In this document: positions 7,394-16,040 of the stretch, piece by piece
Layout of the letters: each line of letters opens with the position of its first letter
How positions within the stretch are numbered: position 1 is the first letter of the stretch
Source: Gemmata obscuriglobus
GTDB lineage: Bacteria > Planctomycetota > Planctomycetia > Gemmatales > Gemmataceae
Direction: 5' to 3'
NCBI RefSeq assembly: GCF_008065095.1
Contig: NZ_CP042911.1
Coordinates: 5,820,001 to 5,852,000 of the forward strand
Length of the DNA: 32,000 bases
Translations under genes and position numbers: made by a program
The notes under the pieces: generated by a model
What the model was told of the DNA's origin: nothing
Seen by the model: the letters and a program-made list of their open reading frames with translations, nothing else
The model's database searches: none

Positions 7394-10300
7394 ATGCGCA
7401 CCTTCCTGCCTACCTCATTGCTGCTACTCGTAATCGCGAACCTGCTACCGCCCCCGCCGACCGTCCACGCCGCCCCGCCGGTCCCGGCCGCGCCACCGGA
7501 GTTCGCACCGAACCAGACACCGGCCAAGCCGGAACCGTTCCCGATTACGCTCATGGATCAGGGCCGGTTCGACCCACGACTCCAGGGGCTCTCGCTGCCC
7601 GACGGGTTCAAGGCCGAAATCGTCATCGACGCGCCGGACACCATTAACCCGGTCGGCATGACCTTCGACCCGGCGGGCAACCTTTACGTGATGGAGTGGC
7701 GCCCCGACGCGGTCACCGGCGACCGGTGGTTCGAGGTGAAGGAGACGTTCCGCTACCGGGACGGTACGACCCGGCAGGTCGCGACGATGAAGAAGTTCAC
7801 GACCGACCTCATCAAGCAGTTCAAGTACAACCCGGCGACCGGGCGGTTCGACAAGCCGCAGCCCATCATCTCGGAAGAGCTGCCGTCGAGCATCCTGTAC
7901 CACGAGGGGTACCTGTACGTCACCGGGCGGGGCACCGTGCGGCGGTGGACGCAGTCGAAGCCGAACGGCCCGTGGGACGTGCGCGAAACGATCGCGCAGG
8001 GGTTCTGCGGGTTCCACCACCACCAGGTGTCCGGCCTCACCATCGGCAACGACGGTTTGCTGTACCTGACCAGCGGCGACGACGACAACTTCGTGGAGGG
8101 TGCGGACGGGAGCCGGGCCACGGTGCTGCGCACCGGGGCGGTGTTCCGCTGCCGCCCGGACGGCTCCAAGATGGAGACGTTCTCGATCGGGTACCGCAAC
8201 CCGTACCGCGACATCGCTTATGACGACAAGTTCAACTTGTTCCACACCGACAACGACCAGGAAGACGGGAGCAAGTTTCAGGGGTGCCGCATCGTCCACG
8301 TCGCGGAGGGCACAGACTTCGGCTGGCGGTTGCAGCCGGGCGCGCGGTGCTGCCGCACGGACTTCGTGCGCGGGGCGGTCGCGGGCGAGCGCCCCGGAAA
8401 GGTGGCCCCGATGATCAAGACCGGGCGCGGGTCACCCGCCGGGATGCTGATCTACAACGACACGCGCCTGCCCGAGCAGTACCGCGGGCTGATGTTCTAC
8501 CCGGACGTGTACCGGCAACTGGTCCGCGCCTATAAGGCGGCCCCGGACGGCAGCACGTTCAAGATCACGAACGAGTTCGAGTTCATGAAGCCGGCCAAGT
8601 CGGGCGGCGCGGCGGACGGGCTGTTCCGCCCGTGCCAGATGATCACCGGGCCGGACGGCGCGATCTACGTGTGCGACTGGCGGACCAACTCTGGCGGCGC
8701 CGGGAAGCTGTCCGGCGACGGGGTCAACGGCCGCATCTACCGCATCACCTGGGCCGGCACGAAGGATTCGCCCGCGCTGCCGCGGCGCGGGATGGATAGC
8801 TGGGCCAAGATCCAGAAGCAGACCGACGCCGAGCTGCTCAAGACGCTGGGCGCACCGGACCTGACGGACCGCGTCGAGGCCCGCAAGGAACTCGTGCGCC
8901 GCGGTCCCAAAGCGCGCGACCTGGTACTCAGTAAGTTCGTCTCGGGCTCGCTGGACGGCGACGCCCGGTTGGTCGCGCTGGGGGCGCTTCAGTCCCACTG
9001 GACGCCGGAAGTGGAAGACCTGTTCCGGCTGCTCGTCAAGGACGATTCCGCCGACGTGCGCCGGCTCGCCGTCGAGGCGCTGGCGTACCACGCCCGCCCG
9101 AAGGACCAGCGGGTCCACGAGGCACTTGCGCGGGCGCTCGGCGACCACTCGCCGGCGGTCCGCCGGGCGGCGGCGCTCGGGCTGGGGCGGCTCGGCGCCG
9201 ACGGCGCCGGGGACGTGCTCGTAAGCACGCTGCGCCAGGACACCGACGCCGACGCGTACCTGAAGGACGCCTACGTTCGCGGGATCGAACGTCTCGGCAA
9301 GCCCGGCATCGACGCGCTGCTGGTGCTGGCTCAGACAAGCGACAAGGGGGCCGACCTGGTGGCGGACGTGTTCCTCGGGCTGCGCGCCCGGGCCGCGGCC
9401 GACGCGCTGCCGGAACTGCTGCTGAACCCGCACCTGGACGCGGCCCAGCGCGAGGCGCTGGTGCTGTCGTACACGAACTACCAGACCGACCCGCCGGTCT
9501 CGCTGACCCCGCTCGCGGACTACCTCGCGCGGCGGCCCAACGAGCCCGCGAGCGTTGTACTCGCCGCGGTCGAGGTGTTCGGCGCGAGCGGCGAGGCTCT
9601 GTCCCCGCGGGCCGTTCAACTGGTCCTGAACCTGCTCGGCCGCCCGGATGAAATGACCCGCCTGTCGGCGATCGCGGCCATCGAGACGGCCCGGCTTCAG
9701 CCCGCCGCGCCGAAGCTGATCGAGTTCCTCGGCGACGCGAACCGGACGCAACTGGAACGGGGCGCGGCGGTTCGTGCGCTCCGCGTGCTCGGCGACCGCC
9801 GCGCGGTCGAGCCGGTGAAGGCGCTCCTGAAGGGGCCGAACCCGGCCTTGCTGAAGGCCGAGGCGCTGCGCACGCTGGCGGCGTTCGACGCCGCGGCCGC
9901 GCGCAAGGAGGCCGAGCCGCTGCTCGATCAGGCGGACCCGACGCTCCTGACCGAGGCCGTCGCGGTGCTGTCGGCGACACGGGCCGGGACGAAGCTGATC
10001 GCCGAGCGGTACGTCGCGAAGAAGCTGCCCCGTGAGTTCTTCCCGCAGGTCAACGACGCGCTCGGCAAGTTCCCCGACGAAGTAGTGCCGGCGGTGGTCG
10101 GCTTCGATCACCTGTTCTTCCCGCGGATGGGCCGGGCGGTCGCGGACCCGGTGCTGGCGAAGCTCCGCACAGACGTGCTGCGCGGCGGGTTGCTGCTGTC
10201 GCTCGAACCCGGTCAGGTGGACAAGATCCGTGCCCTGGTGAGCGCCAAGGGCGACCCGAAGAAGGGCAAGGAACTGTACCTGAACACGAAGGTGCTGGCG

Positions 10301-11107
10301 TGCGCGACGTGCCACCGGCTCGAGGGGGTGGGCGGGGCGGTCGGCCCGGACCTGACCCGTGTGTGGGACACCCACAGCGTCGAGAAGATCCTGGAAGCGA
10401 TCGTGGACCCGAGCAAGGAAATCAAGGAGGGCTTCCAGACGTACCGGCTCACGACGGCCGACAGCAAGGTGTACACGGGGCTGAAGATCAAGGACGACGC
10501 GAAAGAGGTGATCCTCCGCGACGCCACCGGGCGCGACATTCGCGTGGCCAAGGACGAGGTCGAATCGCTGACGGCGAGCAAGCTGTCGCTGATGCCGGAC
10601 AACGTGGCGTCGCAGCTCACCTACGACCAGTTCATCGACCTGCTGGCGTTCTTGAAGAGCAAGGGGCAGCAGGAGTCGCTGCGCGGGCTGGTGGTGGACG
10701 CCGCGGTTGTCCCGATCACGACCACGGACATGACTTCGACGAAGCCCGAGCCGGTTGCGAACGTAACGTGGGCGGATGTGACCGCCGGGCCGAACGGTAA
10801 GTTCGACCTGAAAGGCACCTTCGCGGCGCCGAACGCTCCCGCGGTCTTGGTCCGCGCCTATGTCTTCGCCCCCGCGAAGCAAAAGGCGGCCGTGACTGTC
10901 GAGAGCGAGAACCCGTGGCGGGCGTGGGTGAACGGCTCAACCGCCCAACCCGCGGCGACCACGGAGGTCGAACTCGTGCAGGGCTGGAACGCGGTTCTGG
11001 TGAAGGTGGCCAACGGAGGCAAGCCCGCGGTACTGAGCATCCGCGTGGCCGGCGACGGGTTGCGCACCGCATCCAGGCCCGACGCGCCTACAACCGGCGG
11101 TCGGTAA
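7394..11107 (+). CDS. PVC-type heme-binding CxxCH protein: putative membrane-bound dehydrogenase domain + HEAT repeats + cytochrome c domain + C-terminal beta-rich extension
   Basis: ATG 7394 gives the signal peptide MRTFLPTSLLLLVIANLL. The N-terminal part (GFKAEIVIDAPDTINPVGMTFDPAGNLYVMEW..., GLTIGNDGLLYLTSGDD) resembles the Pirellula/Verrucomicrobium dehydrogenase domain. HEAT-like repeats follow (DVRRLAVEALAYH, AVRRAAALGLGRLG). The heme site CATCH lies at 10301-10315, followed by GPDLT. Confidence 0.85.
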   Translation: MRTFLPTSLLLLVIANLLPPPPTVHAAPPVPAAPPEFAPNQTPAKPEPFPITLMDQGRFDPRLQGLSLPDGFKAEIVIDAPDTINPVGMTFDPAGNLYVMEWRPDAVTGDRWFEVKETFRYRDGTTRQVATMKKFTTDLIKQFKYNPATGRFDKPQPIISEELPSSILYHEGYLYVTGRGTVRRWTQSKPNGPWDVRETIAQGFCGFHHHQVSGLTIGNDGLLYLTSGDDDNFVEGADGSRATVLRTGAVFRCRPDGSKMETFSIGYRNPYRDIAYDDKFNLFHTDNDQEDGSKFQGCRIVHVAEGTDFGWRLQPGARCCRTDFVRGAVAGERPGKVAPMIKTGRGSPAGMLIYNDTRLPEQYRGLMFYPDVYRQLVRAYKAAPDGSTFKITNEFEFMKPAKSGGAADGLFRPCQMITGPDGAIYVCDWRTNSGGAGKLSGDGVNGRIYRITWAGTKDSPALPRRGMDSWAKIQKQTDAELLKTLGAPDLTDRVEARKELVRRGPKARDLVLSKFVSGSLDGDARLVALGALQSHWTPEVEDLFRLLVKDDSADVRRLAVEALAYHARPKDQRVHEALARALGDHSPAVRRAAALGLGRLGADGAGDVLVSTLRQDTDADAYLKDAYVRGIERLGKPGIDALLVLAQTSDKGADLVADVFLGLRARAAADALPELLLNPHLDAAQREALVLSYTNYQTDPPVSLTPLADYLARRPNEPASVVLAAVEVFGASGEALSPRAVQLVLNLLGRPDEMTRLSAIAAIETARLQPAAPKLIEFLGDANRTQLERGAAVRALRVLGDRRAVEPVKALLKGPNPALLKAEALRTLAAFDAAAARKEAEPLLDQADPTLLTEAVAVLSATRAGTKLIAERYVAKKLPREFFPQVNDALGKFPDEVVPAVVGFDHLFFPRMGRAVADPVLAKLRTDVLRGGLLLSLEPGQVDKIRALVSAKGDPKKGKELYLNTKVLACATCHRLEGVGGAVGPDLTRVWDTHSVEKILEAIVDPSKEIKEGFQTYRLTTADSKVYTGLKIKDDAKEVILRDATGRDIRVAKDEVESLTASKLSLMPDNVASQLTYDQFIDLLAFLKSKGQQESLRGLVVDAAVVPITTTDMTSTKPEPVANVTWADVTAGPNGKFDLKGTFAAPNAPAVLVRAYVFAPAKQKAAVTVESENPWRAWVNGSTAQPAATTEVELVQGWNAVLVKVANGGKPAVLSIRVAGDGLRTASRPDAPTTGGR

Positions 11108-11184
11108 CCGGGCGCCGGTGCTCCCGCTCCGGGTTCCAAGTCGGCGACGCGATCGCGTCTCGGAACTCGGAGCCCGGAACCGGG

Positions 11185-11421
11185 TCAGTAGATGCCGCCG
11201 TGGATGCGCTCGGGCGTCAGGTGGCTGGGCTGATCATTGAACCAGAACCGGCGCCACTCGTTCTGGATCTGGCGCAGGTCTTCCGATTGATACAGCAGTT
11301 GCTGCATCCGCACGTTCGGGTCGCTGGAGTACTGGTTCAGCAGGCACCCGCTGTTCGCCGTCAGCGCGACGGCGGCGATCAGGGCCAGCAACAATTTGCG
11401 GAATGCGAGTTTGCGGACCAT
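11185..11421 (-). CDS. Small secreted protein / probable lipoprotein (78 aa)
   Basis: The internal ATG at 11421 gives MVRKLAFRKLLLALIAAVALTANSGC, a signal peptide ending in Cys. The 41 aa upstream in the ORF-track entry are Gly/Thr/Arg junk. Confidence 0.55.
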   Translation of the reverse strand: MVRKLAFRKLLLALIAAVALTANSGCLLNQYSSDPNVRMQQLLYQSEDLRQIQNEWRRFWFNDQPSHLTPERIHGGIY

Positions 11422-11649
11422 CCCCGTGCCTCCGTGCGCCGGTGTACCGTGCCCGCCGGTGGTGCCGCGCGTCCCCCACGCCGACAGCCTTCCGGTGAGC
11501 CGTACCCAATTTATCGACACAGACGGCACAATCCTTGAATTCAATTCTGCTTTTGTGACCCGTGTGCCAAGTTCGGGGTGGCGGTGAACCTCGAACCGCT
11601 CAACACTGTCTTGCCAGAGTGCCGCTGGTGAGTAAGTTAAATATACCCT

Positions 11650-11722
11650 GGCGGGGTAGCTCAGAGGTTAGAGCACTCGCTTCATAAGCGAGGAGTCGTG
11701 GGTTCAATTCCCACCCCCGCTA
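11650..11722 (+). tRNA. tRNA with anticodon CAT: elongator tRNA-Met, or tRNA-Ile2 if lysidine-modified
   Basis: A 73-nt cloverleaf was folded by hand. Acceptor GGCGGGG/CCCCGCT (G1.T72 wobble), D-arm GCTC/GAGC, anticodon arm CTCGC-TTCATAA-GCGAG, T-arm GTGGG-TTCAATT-CCCAC, discriminator A, no encoded CCA. The anticodon stem lacks the three G-C pairs of initiator tRNAs. Confidence 0.9.
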
Positions 11723-11847
11723 CTGGCTCGAAGTGATCGCAAGCCCTTTCTGCCGAAGCAGTTTCTGCTTACCCCGGTGAGTTGCCGGGTGCGGCCCCAA
11801 ACGACGCGAAGTGTGAAATCGTTTCACGCTTCGGGGGGACGTGCCCG

Positions 11848-13152
11848 ATGCCCGCACAGCGCAAGTCTGTTCCGACCTACTGCCTCCACAAGCAATCTGG
11901 CCGCGGTCGTGCCGTTTGGACCGACGCGACCGGGACACGCCGGTTCAAGCTGCTTCCCGGCGCGTTCGAGTCGCGCGAGTCGCGCACCGCGTTCGCAACC
12001 CTCCTGCTCGAACTCGACGCCTCGCCTGCCGCGGTCACCGCTCCCACACAGGGAATGACGCTCGCCGAGGTGATGGTCGCGTACCTCCAACACGCCGAAC
12101 GACACTACCGCGGCGCGGACGGGAAGCTGACCAGCGAGTTCAACGAGATCAGGTTGGTAGTCAAGGCGCTTCGGGAGTTGTATGCCGAGACGCCCGCTGC
12201 CGAGTTTGGCCCACTGCGTCTCAAGGCCGTTCAGCGCAGGTGGGTGAACGCGAACCTCGCGCGTTCGGAATGCAACCGGCGCGTGAACCTCGTCCGGCGC
12301 ATGTTTAAATGGGCGTCGTCTGAAGAACTGGTTCCGGTGGCGACCTACCAAGCGCTCACCACTGTCAGCGGACTTACTCGCGGGCGATCCGCAGCGCGCG
12401 AGACCGAACCGGTCGGGCCGGTCGAAAATGTCGTGGTCGATGCAACGCTGCCATACCTGAACCGTTTCGTTCGCGGGTTGGTTCAGTTCCAGCGGTTCAC
12501 CGGGTGCCGACCCGGGGAGGCGTGCAACCTGCGCCGGTGCGACATCGACATGAGCGGTCCCGTCTGGCTGTACCGCCCGGAGACGCACAAGACCGCATGG
12601 AAGGGGAAAAGTCGCGTTATCGCGATCGGCCCGAAAGCTCAACTGGTACTCAACGAATTCTTCACCACCGAAGCGAGTGACTACCTGTTTAGCCCGGAGC
12701 GTGCGATGGAAGAGCACCAAGCCGAGCGCGCCGCGAACCGTAAGACGCCTCGATACCCCAGCCACATGAAACGGAACGTCGGCAAGCGGAAGGCACGGCC
12801 GAGGCGCGCACCGACAGACAAATACGACCACCGCTCGTATTCTCGCGCCGTCGCCCGCGCCTGTGACGAAGCGTTCCCGGCCGCGGCACCGCTCGCGCAG
12901 CAGTCCGGCGAAACGCGAGTCGCGTGGGCGAGTCGGTTAACGGTGGATGAGAAGGCGCGTCTTCTGGCGTGGCAGCAAGAGCACCGCTGGCACCCGAATC
13001 AACTCCGCCACAGTTACGCGACTCGGGTCCGAAAGGAACACGGCCTCGAAGCCGCCCAAGTGCTTCTCGGTCACTCGCGTGCCGATGTAACGCAGGTGTA
13101 CGCCGAACGCAACGAACAACTGGCCGTGGCCCTCGCTGCCAAGATCGGGTGA
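11848..13152 (+). CDS. int: Tyrosine-type site-specific recombinase / integrase
   Basis: The C-terminal catalytic region is WHPNQLRHSYATRVRKEHGLEAAQVLLGHSRADVTQVYAERN (HxxR ... H ... Y), with an upstream FTGCRPGEACNLR (Arg I box). ATG 11848 is the chosen start. The gene sits next to a tRNA gene. Confidence 0.9.
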   Translation: MPAQRKSVPTYCLHKQSGRGRAVWTDATGTRRFKLLPGAFESRESRTAFATLLLELDASPAAVTAPTQGMTLAEVMVAYLQHAERHYRGADGKLTSEFNEIRLVVKALRELYAETPAAEFGPLRLKAVQRRWVNANLARSECNRRVNLVRRMFKWASSEELVPVATYQALTTVSGLTRGRSAARETEPVGPVENVVVDATLPYLNRFVRGLVQFQRFTGCRPGEACNLRRCDIDMSGPVWLYRPETHKTAWKGKSRVIAIGPKAQLVLNEFFTTEASDYLFSPERAMEEHQAERAANRKTPRYPSHMKRNVGKRKARPRRAPTDKYDHRSYSRAVARACDEAFPAAAPLAQQSGETRVAWASRLTVDEKARLLAWQQEHRWHPNQLRHSYATRVRKEHGLEAAQVLLGHSRADVTQVYAERNEQLAVALAAKIG

Positions 13153-13312
13153 GGGCACAACGGAAGTTGATCTACGCGCCCCTCGCAATCTATTGGTATA
13201 CTTGTGAACACATGGTCGCCGCCCGGTTGCAAACGGGTGGTTCGTGGGTGTTCGGGCGGGCGCAAGAGCCGCCGTCTTCCCTGCCGCTCGGCCCGGTGTG
13301 CGGGTACTTTAC

Positions 13313-15478
13313 ATGCCTGAATCCGTGCGAACGACCGTCGAATCTGCCCGTCTTTCCTTGTTGAACCATTCAGCACCCGCGCCCACCGCCGGCGCGGATG
13401 CTGCCCCACATTTCCCCGCGGCTTTCCGACACCAACCCATCTCTCCTTTCGCGGAGCGGTGGCGGGTGAAGCGCGAAGACTACGATCAGTTCGTCGCAAC
13501 CGTAAACCAAGCCAACGCTGCCCTTCCGGGTGGCATGCGTTTTCCCGACGCCCTGATTGCCGACTGGATGGCGTCCTGGGTCGATGACCTGTTCATCGGC
13601 ATTGTCCCCCAACACGACCGGCTCGCCCCGCACGAGGTGATGAGCGCCATTGAGGACATTGTCGCGCTCTTGGAAGCACTGCGTTTCACCGAGCGCCGGG
13701 CCGGGTGGTCGGGCGCAGAGCGCGTGTGGTTCTACGAACTCCCGTATGACCCGGGCCTCGGCACCTTTCCCACGGTGGAGTGGGTGGCGCAGTATTGCCC
13801 CGAGTGTGACCCGCGGCGGGGGCTGGAAGATCGACCCGGCGACAGTTCCTTGACAACGCGCTACGACCAATCGCAGTTCTTTGAGGCGGTTACGTTTCTG
13901 CTCGGAACTCCGACCGACGAGCAATGGGCGTGGCTCCGCCGGTTGGCGTACCGAACCGATCCGATGCAGCGCCTCTGGGACGAACCACCGCGGCACCACG
14001 CTTGGGCACGAAATCAACTTCGGCGGTGCGTTGCGGAACTGGCCGGCATCCTCGGTGTCGAGTGGCCGGAGTTCGACCCGAGTTCTCCCATCTTGGAACT
14101 CGTTCGCGAGGCGCACAACTGGGTTGTTGGGCACGCACGACCGGAACTGGCTCGCCGGGGGTGGTTGGACCGCGCGGGTGTCGGCCGAGCGGCAACCCAA
14201 CCTCCGTCCGATGGCCCGGGCGCACCGGTTAAGTTACGTTCCACGTTGGGGGGCTTGCTTGAGTACCTTGAAGGCGCCGAACGGAACCGCGAGTTCCAGC
14301 GCCTCAACCAGCATGAACAATTACGAAGAGGTCTCGTAGCTACGGACCCTTCATCCGCGCATCTGCTACCCGACGAGAGCGAGATGCAGGGGATACGGCG
14401 GATTGAGGTACTGTGCGACCTCGAACCCGGAGAAGCGGGGATCAATACCTCGAAGGTGCGCCGGTTGCGGGCAAAAATCTGCCAGCGGCAACGGTGGCAA
14501 CCACAGCACGCCAACGAACTGACGCTCGACGAAGCAGCCGATTTGCTTGAAGGCGTCCAGCGGGTCACGCTCGATGAATTACAACAAGCCAGCCGAGATC
14601 AGCTTCGCCACGGGCTTTGCACAATCGACCACATTAGCGCCGGGACGGGTGAGTGGGTTCAGGTTACCGGTCTGAGTTGCAAGGTGATCGCCGGGAGCAC
14701 CCCGACCGCGTGCCCGGACGCGAATCCCGTACTTCCGCCCTCGCTGTTATCGCTCGCGGAACAGGCGATTCGTCGGCTGTATCCGCTCCCCGAAGGAACC
14801 ACCGTCCACTGGGTCGGGCACGACACCGGTGTGCGGAACCGGTGCCGGTGCCACCCCGGCGCGCCGTTCGCGGCCCCGTTCGATCAGGCGAGGTGGGGGG
14901 CGGTTGCGGAACTGACTAACCCAAACTCCACAATGAGACCGCTCCGAAGGACAAATGATCCGACGGCGCACATTTCCCTTCGGGACCACGCCGGGCGCGA
15001 GCACTTAGTATCGCTTGCGGCGTGCCAATACCACGGGCGCCCCACATGCCCCGAATACCTCGCGCAGACACCCGAGCGGTTGAACGATCCGTGGCTCGCC
15101 GAGCGCTTGCTCGCCGAGCGGAACCTGGAACTGTGGGCGACCCGCGATGGCGTGTGGTTCGTGCTGGACGGCGACACGCGCGAGACCGTGACGATCAACG
15201 GCGACCAACTTAGCGATCTTCGGCCGCACGCGGTAGTAACGACCACGACACCGGGGCCGGGGGTGCCAGATGCGGTTCGCGCCACCCCTCCGCTCCAGCG
15301 CGAAGCGGCACGGAAAACCGGGCGTCCGCTCGACGATACCAAACCAGAGGTGGTGAAGTACGTCCGCGAACTGCGTGAGAAGAAAGTGCCGTGGAAGTAC
15401 ATTCCCGACGCGGTGTTTCAGCAATTCAAGGTCCGATACACCTCTGAAACGCTCCGCGGCTATCTCAAGAACGGGTGA
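13313..15478 (+). CDS. Hypothetical protein (721 aa) with a C-terminal resolvase-like HTH
   Basis: It is a long ORF with balanced composition, starting at ATG 13313. I recognise no domain except the last ~50 aa, GRPLDDTKPEVVKYVRELREKKVPWKYIPDAVFQQFKVRYTSETLRGYLKNG, which resembles an HTH_7-type GRP...TLxxYL motif. Confidence 0.7.
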   Translation: MPESVRTTVESARLSLLNHSAPAPTAGADAAPHFPAAFRHQPISPFAERWRVKREDYDQFVATVNQANAALPGGMRFPDALIADWMASWVDDLFIGIVPQHDRLAPHEVMSAIEDIVALLEALRFTERRAGWSGAERVWFYELPYDPGLGTFPTVEWVAQYCPECDPRRGLEDRPGDSSLTTRYDQSQFFEAVTFLLGTPTDEQWAWLRRLAYRTDPMQRLWDEPPRHHAWARNQLRRCVAELAGILGVEWPEFDPSSPILELVREAHNWVVGHARPELARRGWLDRAGVGRAATQPPSDGPGAPVKLRSTLGGLLEYLEGAERNREFQRLNQHEQLRRGLVATDPSSAHLLPDESEMQGIRRIEVLCDLEPGEAGINTSKVRRLRAKICQRQRWQPQHANELTLDEAADLLEGVQRVTLDELQQASRDQLRHGLCTIDHISAGTGEWVQVTGLSCKVIAGSTPTACPDANPVLPPSLLSLAEQAIRRLYPLPEGTTVHWVGHDTGVRNRCRCHPGAPFAAPFDQARWGAVAELTNPNSTMRPLRRTNDPTAHISLRDHAGREHLVSLAACQYHGRPTCPEYLAQTPERLNDPWLAERLLAERNLELWATRDGVWFVLDGDTRETVTINGDQLSDLRPHAVVTTTTPGPGVPDAVRATPPLQREAARKTGRPLDDTKPEVVKYVRELREKKVPWKYIPDAVFQQFKVRYTSETLRGYLKNG

Positions 15479-15539
15479 CCGGGGCGAAACCTTTTGCCCC
15501 GTTTCGGCCCAATTACAACTCCGCCGCGCATCGGCCATT

Positions 15540-15574
15540 GTGAACCTCAGCACAACCCGTGCGAGGAGGTTCAC
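15540..15574 (+). promoter_or_regulatory. Hairpin GTGAACCTC(15540-15548)/GAGGTTCAC(15566-15574) occluding the Shine-Dalgarno of the next gene
   Basis: It has a perfect 9-bp stem and a 17-nt loop. The 3' arm overlaps GAGGAGG, and ATG 15576 lies 2 nt after the stem. Confidence 0.35.
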
Positions 15575-15575
15575 G

Positions 15576-15953
15576 ATGGCCGAAACCGTTTCCGAAGCCG
15601 CATCCGCGCTGCCGGTGCTGGCCGAAATCCAGGTGGGCGCGGGGCTGTCACTGTCCGCCGCCGGGCGCCTGTTCCCGGGGCACCGCGGCGGCGCGTCCGT
15701 TGATCCGTCCACCGTGTTCCGCTGGGTGACCAAAGGCGCCCGGGCGGGCGAAGGGCGGGTCGTCAAGCTGGAGGCCGCCCGGGTCGGCGGGCGCTGGCTC
15801 ACGTCCCGCGAGGCCGTCGCCCGGTTCGTCGCCGCGCTCACCGAAGCCGCAACCCCCGCTGTTACTCCGGTCGCACCCACGACCCGCGCACCCGCAGCTC
15901 ACACGCGTGCGACCGAGAAGGCCGTCGCGGCGCTCAAGAAGATGGGCGCCTGA
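15576..15953 (+). CDS. DUF1580-like helix-turn-helix protein (excisionase/regulator-like)
   Basis: ATG 15576 has a GAGGAGG SD. The motifs LSLSAAGRLFPG...VDPSTVFRWVTKGAR...LEAARVGGRWLTSREAVARFVAAL match the pattern I recall for planctomycete DUF1580 / MerR-excisionase-type HTH proteins. Confidence 0.6.
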   Translation: MAETVSEAASALPVLAEIQVGAGLSLSAAGRLFPGHRGGASVDPSTVFRWVTKGARAGEGRVVKLEAARVGGRWLTSREAVARFVAALTEAATPAVTPVAPTTRAPAAHTRATEKAVAALKKMGA

Positions 15954-16040
15954 TCCCTACCCGGCCAACTTCACTCACCACTCAACGAAATCGGCCCGGG
16001 GAGCCGCGCAACTGACGCCCCGGACCGACTGGAGAAACCT

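Noticed and set aside
8432-10882. Very long antisense ORFs: 816 aa opposite the PVC heme-protein gene, 636 aa at 16056-17966 opposite the primase, 418 aa at 2307-3563, and 384 aa at 19573-20727.
   Set aside because: Their translations are Arg/Gly/Pro/His-rich low-complexity strings with no motifs. Stop-free antisense frames of this kind are expected in ~70% GC DNA. The sense-strand proteins carry clear family motifs and GC-rich third codon positions.
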